From IMG/VR virus record IMGVR_UViG_3300027708_000012, positions 248,001 to 312,000 of that record: 64,000 nt of DNA; one strand, written 5' to 3'. The stretch's first letter is position 1; every line of letters begins with the position of its first letter. A program made the translations under genes and the position numbers. Below the pieces are notes generated by a model. It was not told the origin of the DNA. It searched no databases and worked only from the letters and a program-made list of their open reading frames with translations. Positions 18,934 to 26,135 of the stretch are shown here, in pieces.

Positions 18934-18980
18934 TTTTAATTATTTTACTTATCGTGTAACACGGCCTTGCAAGAAATTTC

Positions 18981-19586
18981 TTAATACCTATCAAAGTAAA
19001 TGTTAAACGAAATACTGACTCGTTCAGAGTCGGTTGTATTTTGAGTTACAGCATGTTCTAAGTATCCAGGGAACAATAGCAATTGTCCTACCTTAGGTTT
19101 ATAGAATACTTTTTTCTGTGACTCGTTAGTGAATACGATTGAACGATCCATTAATAATCTGCATGGAGATTTAAAAAATATTTCACCGTCTTGTTCATTT
19201 GTTTTATAATAGTATGCACCTGATATATCTGCAGATCCATGTGCATGTAAATGACTAGATTGTCCTTTAACAGTTAATGTCATCCAGGAATGAGGTATTT
19301 CAAAATTTGGTATTTCGTAAGGAAATGCTTCTATTGTTTTTACAAACTCTAGTACATGTTTACGCAACTCGATTTTAAACGCTACTAAATTATAGTCGTC
19401 GATTAAACTTTTTTCAAATTTTGGATCACTTAAAAACTGACTCGTTGCATCCCATCCTGGACGTTGCTGGAATATTTTATTATTTTTTAAATCTAAGAAT
19501 GCTCGTTCAAAGTCTTTTTGGATAATATCCAAATTATCTACTTGTGTATAATAGATAGGCGAAGGAAAACAAGCTTCTACTGGCAT
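18981..19586 (-). CDS. 2OG-Fe(II) oxygenase (TIGR02466-like)
   Basis: HLHAH..DISGAYY, FPGYLEH, RVSISFN. Confidence 0.8.
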   Translation of the reverse strand: MPVEACFPSPIYYTQVDNLDIIQKDFERAFLDLKNNKIFQQRPGWDATSQFLSDPKFEKSLIDDYNLVAFKIELRKHVLEFVKTIEAFPYEIPNFEIPHSWMTLTVKGQSSHLHAHGSADISGAYYYKTNEQDGEIFFKSPCRLLMDRSIVFTNESQKKVFYKPKVGQLLLFPGYLEHAVTQNTTDSERVSISFNIYFDRY

Positions 19587-19587
19587 T

Positions 19588-19803
19588 TTATGCTATTGTT
19601 GAATCTGTTGCTGTATAAGCATTTGTAGATCTTGCACCGCTGTCTCTTTGCTTAGGTGCAGATTTAATAACAATCTCACTGCATAACTGCGCATCGATCA
19701 TCATATTCTTGTATTGATTGCGTTGCTCTGCTGTAGAGCCTTTCATCAATCCAATCATACGTTTTGTAGTCTTACTCAATTTGAATGTCTTACCTGGTTT
19801 CAT
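19588..19803 (-). CDS. hypothetical protein
   Basis: 71-aa basic ORF with AAGG RBS. Confidence 0.65.
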   Translation of the reverse strand: MKPGKTFKLSKTTKRMIGLMKGSTAEQRNQYKNMMIDAQLCSEIVIKSAPKQRDSGARSTNAYTATDSTIA

Positions 19804-19821
19804 ATTTTACCTTTTTAAAAT

Positions 19822-19911
19822 TGGCGGAGCGACTGGGAGTCGAACCCAGTCAACGCTATTAAACGTTGTACGGATTAGCAATCCGCTGCCTTACCGTTCG
19901 GCCACCGCTCC
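19822..19911 (-). tRNA. tRNA-Ser(GCT)
   Basis: Long variable arm, loop TTGCTAA, G73, CCA. Confidence 0.95.
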
Positions 19912-19917
19912 TTGTTC

Positions 19918-20061
19918 TTATCTTGTTACCTTACGTACTAATTTATACCAATAATATTTTATGCCACGCCAAGTTGGAAAAAAATTCCAATCAATTGCAT
20001 AACCTACTTCTTTAGGAACATTACAGTACGCTCTATTAATAACATCTTCTTGTTTTGACAT
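19918..20061 (-). CDS. small hypothetical protein (47 aa, MSKQEDVINRAY...)
   Basis: Hand-translated ORF with AAAGGA RBS between two tRNAs. Confidence 0.6.
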   Translation of the reverse strand: MSKQEDVINRAYCNVPKEVGYAIDWNFFPTWRGIKYYWYKLVRKVTR

Positions 20062-20080
20062 ACAGTAATTCCTTTATTAT

Positions 20081-20165
20081 TGGTGCGACTAGCCGGAATC
20101 GAACCGGCACGCCCGAAAGCGAGAGATTTTAAGTCTCTTGTGTCTACCTATTTCACCACAGTCGC
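20081..20165 (-). tRNA. tRNA-Leu(TAA)
   Basis: Long variable arm, loop CTTAAAA, CCA. Confidence 0.95.
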
Positions 20166-20185
20166 GCTATCTCTTGCTTGCTTCT

Positions 20186-20214
20186 ATTATATAGCAACCG
20201 CTATTTAATGTCAA
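20186..20214 (-). promoter_or_regulatory. sigma70 promoter inside tRNA array
   Basis: TTGACA-17-TATAAT. Confidence 0.8.
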
Positions 20215-20223
20215 CACTTATTT

Positions 20224-20299
20224 TGGCGTACCGCGAGAGCCTCGAACTCCCAACCCCTGGTTTTGGAGACCAGTGCTCTGCCAATTGAGCTAGCGATAC
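20224..20299 (-). tRNA. tRNA-Trp(CCA)
   Basis: Cloverleaf, loop CTCCAAA, G73, CCA. Confidence 0.95.
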
Positions 20300-20305
20300 A
20301 ATGTA

Positions 20306-20395
20306 TGGCGGAAACTGTGAGATTCGAACTCACGGAACATTTCTGTTCGACAGTTTTCAAGACTGTTGCAATAAACCGGACTCTGCCAAGTTTCC
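20306..20395 (-). tRNA. tRNA-Ser(TGA)
   Basis: Long variable arm, loop CTTGAAA, CCA. Confidence 0.95.
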
Positions 20396-20399
20396 TTAT

Positions 20400-20474
20400 T
20401 GGTTGCGGGGGAAGGAATCGAACCTCCGGCTTCCAGGTTATGAGCCTGACGGTCTACCGCTGACGTACCCCGCG
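20400..20474 (-). tRNA. tRNA-fMet(CAT), initiator
   Basis: C1:A72 mismatch, loop CTCATAA, CCA. Confidence 0.9.
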
Positions 20475-20480
20475 ATAACT

Positions 20481-20868
20481 TTATTAAAATACATTTAGGC
20501 CTTTTTCATCACGCTGATGGTGGCCGGTCCTTGCTACTCAAACTATGTTCAAGCTAAATGTACTTTATTGAAACACACTGCTGTGGCCACAGACTACCGT
20601 TACCAGCTAGTGAGTTTGGTGCGACCATTCCCAGGCTACTGAATACTCGTCACAATGCGTTTCAATAAAGTGTCTAGCTACTCCCACCACAGGAGCCCTA
20701 GACTGAGCTGTTACTCTGTCCACGTTCTTTTTCCATTTAGACGGGCAATCGTCCCCGCCTTTGTGATTTCTCAAGTCGCCTTAAATGGGCCTTGCGGTAG
20801 ATCCAATGCACCGTACAGTTATCGTTACTGTAATGACGCACTTCCTTAACGTAGAAGTGTAGACGGGT
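20481..20868 (-). ncRNA. block of structured intergenic RNA(s)
   Basis: Stems AAAGUACAUUUAG/CUAAAUGUAUUUU and UUAUUGAAACGCAUUG/CAGUGUGUUUCAAUAA plus several further hairpins; GC-richer than flanks. Confidence 0.55.
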
Positions 20869-20872
20869 TTCT

Positions 20873-20955
20873 TGGTGCCCCAAGCGAGACTCGAACTCGC
20901 ACGCCTAAGCACTGGCTTCTAAGACCAGCGTGTCTACCAATTCCACCATCGGGGC
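20873..20955 (-). tRNA. tRNA-Leu(TAG)
   Basis: Long variable arm, loop CTTAGAA, CCA. Confidence 0.95.
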
Positions 20956-20971
20956 AAATATTTTGTTATTT

Positions 20972-21508
20972 TTAATTTTGAAAATTTTTCAAAATTTCTA
21001 TCATTTCTAAATACGTTAACTTACATTCTTTACTTACAGTATAAGAAAGTAAATACCTGTCCTTTTCATCTAAATTGAATACTCCGTGCGGTATTTGTGC
21101 ATTAAACAGATACCAAGTTTTCGGAGTATAAGGCAAATTTATTATATTACAATTTGTTTTAAGTGCATTTTCTTGAACAGTATCTTCTTCTGTTGCTTTG
21201 AATAAACTAAAACTATTATAGGACTCAAATGTATAATTGAAGTTATACTTGTTGTAAACGTCTGTATGGAAAAAGTAGTAAGTCATTGCAGGGTACTTAT
21301 ACAATTCTAATTTTCCTGAATCTTTTACATAGCTATTTAGGTACGTTAAAAATTTATCTTTTTGCACTAATTCTTGAGAAACACCTTTACCAACCCATTG
21401 AATTTTATCAAATGTTGGAATAAATTTAATATTATTGAGTTTAATGTCTTCAAATATACTATCCATTAAAGGACTTGTAATAGACGTATTATAAAAATAT
21501 TTGTTCAT
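20972..21508 (-). CDS. cupin / oxygenase-like hypothetical protein
   Basis: FHTD...PHG motif. Confidence 0.5.
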   Translation of the reverse strand: MNKYFYNTSITSPLMDSIFEDIKLNNIKFIPTFDKIQWVGKGVSQELVQKDKFLTYLNSYVKDSGKLELYKYPAMTYYFFHTDVYNKYNFNYTFESYNSFSLFKATEEDTVQENALKTNCNIINLPYTPKTWYLFNAQIPHGVFNLDEKDRYLLSYTVSKECKLTYLEMIEILKNFQN

Positions 21509-21525
21509 AATAAATTATTTATATT

Positions 21526-21601
21526 CATATTAAAATACACTAGGAGCAATGCTGTCTTACTATTCGGGCCAAGCCGATGTTGCCTAGTATACTTTAATAT
21601 G
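21526..21601 (-). ncRNA. hairpin RNA downstream of tRNA-Glu
   Basis: 19-bp basal stem CAUAUUAAAGUAUACUAGG/CCUAGUGUAUUUUAAUAUG. Confidence 0.5.
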
Positions 21602-21674
21602 GAGACGCATAGGGGAATCGAACCCCTCTTGCCAGGATGAAAACCTAGTGTCCTAACCGATAGACGAATGCGTC
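21600..21674 (-). tRNA. tRNA-Glu(TTC)
   Basis: Cloverleaf, loop TTTTCAT, CCA. Confidence 0.9.
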
Positions 21675-21726
21675 AAATTGTCTCTTAAATTTTTAATGAA
21701 CATCACTAATTGCTTAGTATGTGACT

Positions 21727-21755
21727 ATTATATAGCCTATGCTAGACAATGTCAA
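21727..21755 (-). promoter_or_regulatory. sigma70 promoter inside tRNA array
   Basis: TTGACA-17-TATAAT. Confidence 0.8.
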
Positions 21756-21774
21756 CAGTTATTTTAAAATATTT

Positions 21775-21849
21775 TGGCCGGCCTTGAGAGGATCGAACTC
21801 CCACCGCTGGTTTCGAAGACCAGAATGATATCCATTTCACCAAAGGCCG
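21775..21849 (-). tRNA. tRNA-Arg(TCG)
   Basis: Cloverleaf, loop CTTCGAA, CCA. Confidence 0.9.
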
Positions 21850-21896
21850 TATGTCACAATTAATTATCTATATTTGTTAATAGACTAATTAATTGT

Positions 21897-22478
21897 ATGG
21901 AAATTAAAGAACTATTCCCCACACTTGTTATGGTTGATTCTAATATTGAATTAGCCAAAAAACTTTTACCTGTTTGTAATTATTTTACAGAAAAAACTAA
22001 AACAAATTGTTTAGGTATTGATAATTTTCCCAGTACATTGAGTAATGAAGAACTCGGTCCTGAAGTTAATAGTCACCCTGTTGTACGCGAAGCTTTTGAA
22101 TATATTATCAATAGTTGTCTAATTCCTTTTGAAAAACATAGAGGATTGGAAGCTAAAGGCATGTTACGACCTTATGGGTTTTTCAGTTCAATGGAACAAA
22201 ATTCACATTGTATTAATCATATACATCTAGAATGTAGATATTCTGGAATTATATATTTAGAAATTGGCCCAGCTGTGCCACCGTTGGTGTTTCACGATCC
22301 TCGACCGCATATTGATTTTATCAGATACAATATCGAAACACCTGGTCCTTATAACAATCAAGTATATTTTGAACAACCTGTTGTGGGTAAAATATTACTT
22401 TGGGATAGTTGGATACATCATAGTATTCCTATGAAACTTACAACTGATCCAAGAAAGACGTTTGTCTTCAATTTGTAA
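21897..22478 (+). CDS. 2OG-Fe(II) oxygenase (TIGR02466-like)
   Basis: NHIH..YSGIIY, WDSWIHHS, RKTFVFN. Confidence 0.75.
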   Translation: MEIKELFPTLVMVDSNIELAKKLLPVCNYFTEKTKTNCLGIDNFPSTLSNEELGPEVNSHPVVREAFEYIINSCLIPFEKHRGLEAKGMLRPYGFFSSMEQNSHCINHIHLECRYSGIIYLEIGPAVPPLVFHDPRPHIDFIRYNIETPGPYNNQVYFEQPVVGKILLWDSWIHHSIPMKLTTDPRKTFVFNL

Positions 22479-22479
22479 T

Positions 22480-22554
22480 TGGCCCGGCCACCAGGAATCG
22501 AACCTGGATCTATAGCTTAGAAGGCTACTGCACTATCCATTGTGCTATGGCCAG
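22480..22554 (-). tRNA. tRNA-Arg(TCT)
   Basis: Cloverleaf, loop CTTCTAA, CCA. Confidence 0.95.
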
Positions 22555-22563
22555 TAAGTGTAC

Positions 22564-22592
22564 ATTATACAGCTATTTTACAAATAAGTCAA
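22564..22592 (-). promoter_or_regulatory. sigma70 promoter inside tRNA array
   Basis: TTGACT-17-TATAAT. Confidence 0.75.
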
Positions 22593-22610
22593 TCGCTATT
22601 GGTAATTATT

Positions 22611-22684
22611 TGGAGCGGGTAGCGAGAATCGAACTCGCGAATAAACCTTGGCAAGGTTTCAGGTTACCATTACATCATACCCGC
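22611..22684 (-). tRNA. tRNA-Gly(GCC)
   Basis: Cloverleaf, loop TTGCCAA, U73, CCA. Confidence 0.9.
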
Positions 22685-22689
22685 ATAAA

Positions 22690-22943
22690 GATATTAGTAG
22701 AAAACACCAAGAGTTTTGGTCCCTGTCAGGGAAACATTGGCCACCCGCGGTTTACAGCCGCGCTCTATTAGTCTAGCAAACATGGAGCAAATTGCACAGC
22801 TAAGAATCTCCCAGACTGTAAATCCTGATTCTCTCAATGCTGGCTCACATACAGTTTATAACTGTCCTTTCTCCGCAACTTTCCGGGTTACAAATACTTG
22901 TCTTTACAGAATGCTTATATGCCTTGTGTCTTCTACTAATGTC
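22690..22943 (-). ncRNA. ~254-nt stem-enclosed RNA with a Tyr anticodon-like stem-loop
   Basis: 17/18-bp basal stem; CGCGG-CUGUAAA-CCGCG at 22746-22762. Confidence 0.55.
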
Positions 22944-22944
22944 T

Positions 22945-23487
22945 TTATTTAATACCAATTATCATGTACCGAGTGAAACTCCAGTCGGGATAATTGAAAT
23001 CCATTGTACCTTTGTACAATACTTCTTCTAATTTATATTTTTCTTCAAAATCTTCCAAATCTATAGCATTACCAAAATGGTCATCGTGTACTAGGTCGTT
23101 GCCTTGTAGGATAACTCTGGTCCCTGGAGAAATCATATCAAACCATGCCATTTGTTCGAAATGTTCTGTACTAGTGTTTATGATTAAATCAGGATTACCG
23201 GGTAACGGATAATTGCAGTCAGCGGTATGTGCTTTAAATTTCCATTCTTTAAAAACCCAGTTGTTGTTAATCATATCTGCAATAGGTTCGCACGACTTGT
23301 CTTGGTCAAAACTTTCAATACGATCAACTTGAAACTGTTCTCTACTTAACAACAAGAAGCCCAGTACACCGTACCACCCACCATATATATGAGTTAGTTT
23401 GCTAGACCAATTTAATTTTTCAAGCTCGCGACAAAGCCAAAGTTTACTATCTATTTGTCCATTTGAAAACGCATCTTTATTAAACAT
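22945..23487 (-). CDS. SAM-dependent methyltransferase-like phage protein
   Basis: IYGGWYG glycine loop, SFDQD, INTSTEH; start at MFNKDAF. Confidence 0.6.
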   Translation of the reverse strand: MFNKDAFSNGQIDSKLWLCRELEKLNWSSKLTHIYGGWYGVLGFLLLSREQFQVDRIESFDQDKSCEPIADMINNNWVFKEWKFKAHTADCNYPLPGNPDLIINTSTEHFEQMAWFDMISPGTRVILQGNDLVHDDHFGNAIDLEDFEEKYKLEEVLYKGTMDFNYPDWSFTRYMIIGIK

Positions 23488-23515
23488 AAAAGTATGTATG
23501 CTTGTACTAAGTTGG

Positions 23516-24175
23516 TCACTGTATATCTGGCTGATGTACTTCAAATGTACGACTAAAGACTTTTGACCAATAACCGGTTGATGGAACCATAATCCAAATT
23601 TTAGAGTTTGCGGGAACAATAAGTGTTCTGGGTAATTCGAAACGAACAGTAGCAATTGCTTGGACAACTCCTAAATGTTTGTGATTAAAATCATCACCTA
23701 CTAGTAGTGTATTTTCACTTGAAAATTTTCTTATATCTTTTAAGACACTATCTAAAGAATGATTGGCATCTATAAAAACTAGGTCAAATTCTTTAGTTAA
23801 TTCATAATCTACACTAGATGCAACATTTATTTTAATTTGATTAGCAATTCTAGGTGTTAAGCAATATCGAAATGCATCTAGCCAACTATTTGAATTGGCC
23901 ATTATATTTTTAATTTTATTTTTGTAATCAATATGACCGTTTAAATATTTAGAATCTGTAATATCCTTAGTATATTCTTTATCAATTTGAAATATGTCTA
24001 CTACTTCCAACTTTGCACTAGAAGGTTTTCCATAATATAATGCAGATGTTGATCTTCCAAGGAAACAACCAACTTCTAATATATTTCCGTTTTCAGGAAC
24101 ATATGAAGCAAGTCGATTCAAAATTTCTAAATCAGTAACTGACATCCATCCTGGTATATTTAAATCATATTTCAT
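23516..24175 (-). CDS. class I SAM-dependent methyltransferase
   Basis: LEVGCFLGRST, FIDANH, GDDF. Confidence 0.85.
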   Translation of the reverse strand: MKYDLNIPGWMSVTDLEILNRLASYVPENGNILEVGCFLGRSTSALYYGKPSSAKLEVVDIFQIDKEYTKDITDSKYLNGHIDYKNKIKNIMANSNSWLDAFRYCLTPRIANQIKINVASSVDYELTKEFDLVFIDANHSLDSVLKDIRKFSSENTLLVGDDFNHKHLGVVQAIATVRFELPRTLIVPANSKIWIMVPSTGYWSKVFSRTFEVHQPDIQ

Positions 24176-24179
24176 CTAT

Positions 24180-24187
24180 TATTTATA
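24180..24187 (-). promoter_or_regulatory. T4-type late promoter
   Basis: Exact TATAAATA immediately upstream of the methyltransferase start. Confidence 0.65.
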
Positions 24188-24235
24188 AAGTGTCAGATTG
24201 TTCACCGCACAACCTGACAAAGCGGGGGTCTGTCT

Positions 24236-24311
24236 TGGTACACCCTGTTGGAATCGAACCAACTTCCACGGCTCTTCAGGCCGCCGCTATGACCACATCA
24301 GCTAAAGGTGC
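24236..24311 (-). tRNA. tRNA-Phe(GAA)
   Basis: Cloverleaf, loop CTGAAGA, CCA. Confidence 0.9.
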
Positions 24312-24316
24312 ATATT

Positions 24317-24392
24317 TGGGGTGTCTTACCGGTATCGATCCGGTACTACCGCTTTCACAGAGCAGGGTGCAGGCCACTACACTAAAGACACC
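24317..24392 (-). tRNA. tRNA-His(GTG)
   Basis: 8-bp acceptor with G-1:C73, loop CTGTGAA, T-loop ATCGATA. Confidence 0.9.
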
Positions 24393-24398
24393 ATAGAT

Positions 24399-24473
24399 TG
24401 GTACCGCCACGAGGAATCGAACCTCAATTACCAGTTCCGCAAACTAGTGTATTATCCATTATACGATAGCGAT
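24399..24473 (-). tRNA. tRNA-Arg(GCG)
   Basis: Cloverleaf, loop TTGCGGA, CCA; rare anticodon. Confidence 0.85.
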
Positions 24474-24479
24474 AAAATT

Positions 24480-24553
24480 TGGCAGGCGCACTAGGGATCG
24501 AACCTAGACTAACAGAGTCAAAGTCTGTTGTGCTACCATTACACAATGCGCCA
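24480..24553 (-). tRNA. tRNA-Gln(TTG)
   Basis: Cloverleaf, loop CTTTGAC, G73, CCA. Confidence 0.95.
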
Positions 24554-24590
24554 ATAATAAAGAATAAATATTGTTTTCTTATATTAAAAT

Positions 24591-25142
24591 ATGACAGAAA
24601 AAGTTTATAAATTAAACCTGCCTTCAATTGAAGAAATAATGCTACCTGGAAAATTTCAAGAACTTTTCCCTAGTAATATTTTTCCTAAAAATAATTCTGA
24701 AATGAGTTTGCTTGATCCAAAAACTTACCTTTTACCAGAAAATTTAAAAATTGGTCATTATGATGTTGATCATAGTATTTTATTTCATAAATCTCACGGT
24801 CAAAAAGGACTAATACATAGTGATACAAACGGTATATGGGCAATTAATTATATAGTTGGAGGGTCCGGTATTCTACATTATTATAACCCAGAAGACTTAG
24901 GTCCTCCAAATTCAAAACCAGATCCAACCGGTGTAGTTAGACCCGTTTGGGGGGATACATCAGCTTTACCCATTAAAACATATTTCATGGATCAAGGAGT
25001 GTATCTTGTTTGTACCGAGGATCCACATTTAGCTGTTGGTAATGGGAATAGGTATTCTTTAAGTATACGAGTACATCCAACACAACAGAAATCATGGCAA
25101 AGTGCTGTTGATTTTTTTCGGCCGTTCATTGAATTTTGGTAG
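24591..25142 (+). CDS. cupin / oxygenase-like hypothetical protein
   Basis: IHSD...PHLA...RYSLSIR. Confidence 0.5.
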   Translation: MTEKVYKLNLPSIEEIMLPGKFQELFPSNIFPKNNSEMSLLDPKTYLLPENLKIGHYDVDHSILFHKSHGQKGLIHSDTNGIWAINYIVGGSGILHYYNPEDLGPPNSKPDPTGVVRPVWGDTSALPIKTYFMDQGVYLVCTEDPHLAVGNGNRYSLSIRVHPTQQKSWQSAVDFFRPFIEFW

Positions 25143-25212
25143 TAACGGTCGGACTCGAACCGACGATAAACACCGTATGAAGGTGGTGCATTAGCCACTA
25201 TGCTACGTTACC
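25137..25212 (-). tRNA. tRNA-Met(CAT), probably elongator
   Basis: Acceptor GGTAACG resembles elongator Met; loop TTCATAC; Ile2 identity not excluded. Confidence 0.85.
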
Positions 25213-25453
25213 ATAAGGATAACAACTAAGATGCGCCACCATCGTTATTGGCGCCATTCACCTGTTTATACAAGGTCGACCAGGACTCGGTACGTCACTT
25301 GGGATTCATCCAGTTGATACGCCACCTGTATACCTCCACCGTTCGACGGCGATAAGTCGGGAATCGAACCCGCAACCTTTTACTACCTCGGTCCTTCGAA
25401 GAAACCTTATTAGCATGACTTCACTTGCTGACACTTAATTGTTATTCTTATGG
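25211..25453 (-). ncRNA. ~243-nt stem-enclosed RNA between tRNA-Lys and tRNA-Met
   Basis: 19/20-bp basal stem; internal T-arm-like GCGGG-UUCGAUU-CCCG. Confidence 0.55.
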
Positions 25454-25526
25454 TAGGACTGCCCGGACTCGAACCGGGAATTGACGGATTAAAAGTCCGC
25501 TGTGATTACCATTTCACCACAATCCC
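25451..25526 (-). tRNA. tRNA-Lys(TTT)
   Basis: Cloverleaf, loop CTTTTAA, CCA. Confidence 0.95.
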
Positions 25527-25530
25527 ATAT

Positions 25531-25606
25531 TGGTCCACTCAGTCGGATTCGAACCGACACCTCATTGATTAAGAGTCAAGTGCGCTACCATTAACGCTAC
25601 GAGTGG
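25531..25606 (-). tRNA. tRNA-Lys(CTT)
   Basis: Cloverleaf, loop CTCTTAA, CCA. Confidence 0.95.
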
Positions 25607-25667
25607 TTGGTCGTAATTAAATTGATTTAATGTGCCAACCAAGACCAATACGGGGTCAAGATTGACA

Positions 25668-25688
25668 CTAACGTTTAGCACGTTTCAT
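25668..25688 (-). other. minigene MKRAKR* with strong RBS
   Basis: AAAGGAGAACGAC-ATG AAA CGT GCT AAA CGT TAG. Confidence 0.45.
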
Positions 25689-25717
25689 GTCGTTCTCCTT
25701 TGAACATTAATTAAAAA

Positions 25718-25781
25718 AACAGGATGCATTTTTACTGGTTAGATTAAAAGTCTAGTGTAATAAATTTGCTGTTAGCATCCT
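25718..25781 (-). ncRNA. ACAGCAA element D (Lys-UUU anticodon-like loop)
   Basis: Stem AGGAUGC/GCAUCCU, UAACAGCAA, inner hairpin UAGA-CUUUUAA-UCUA. Confidence 0.7.
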
Positions 25782-25785
25782 AAAC

Positions 25786-25877
25786 TGGTACCCCCGGCGG
25801 GAATCGAACCCACATTAACCAATTATCTGTTGCATACGGGATATAAATCCGCTGTTTTACCATTAAACTACAGGGGC
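25786..25877 (-). tRNA. tRNA-Ile(TAT) with 22-nt variable region
   Basis: Acceptor GCCCCTG/CGGGGGT, loop TTTATAT, A31:C39 mismatch, CCA. Confidence 0.75.
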
Positions 25878-25881
25878 ATAT

Positions 25882-25956
25882 TGGTACTCCGAACGGGTTT
25901 CGATCCCGCTTCTTCGCCTTGAAAGGGCAACGTTCTAGCCAGTAAACTACCGGAGT
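25882..25956 (-). tRNA. tRNA-Glu(TTC), second copy
   Basis: Loop CTTTCAA, T-loop ATCGAAA, CCA. Confidence 0.85.
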
Positions 25957-25963
25957 ATAAAAT

Positions 25964-26038
25964 TGGTAGCCAATGATGGGAACGATCCATCGACCCTCGC
26001 CTTATCAAGACGATGCTCTACCACTGAGCTAATTGGCT
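25964..26038 (-). tRNA. tRNA-Ile(GAT)
   Basis: Loop TTGATAA, T-loop ATCGTTC, CCA. Confidence 0.9.
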
Positions 26039-26043
26039 ATAAT

Positions 26044-26119
26044 TGGTGGAGAAGAGGGGGATCGAACCCCTGACCTTCTGCTTGCAAAGCAGTTGCTCTC
26101 CCAGCTGAGCTACATCCCC
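26044..26119 (-). tRNA. tRNA-Ala(TGC)
   Basis: G3:U70, loop TTTGCAA, CCA. Confidence 0.95.
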
Positions 26120-26135
26120 AAAAGATTTTAGTGAT

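Noticed and set aside
24191-24228. Possible pseudoknot after tRNA-Phe (11-bp hairpin whose GCGG loop matches upstream CCGC)
   Set aside because: Only 4 bp and a 2-nt linker would have to span an 11-bp stem; hairpin is real, pseudoknot unsupported
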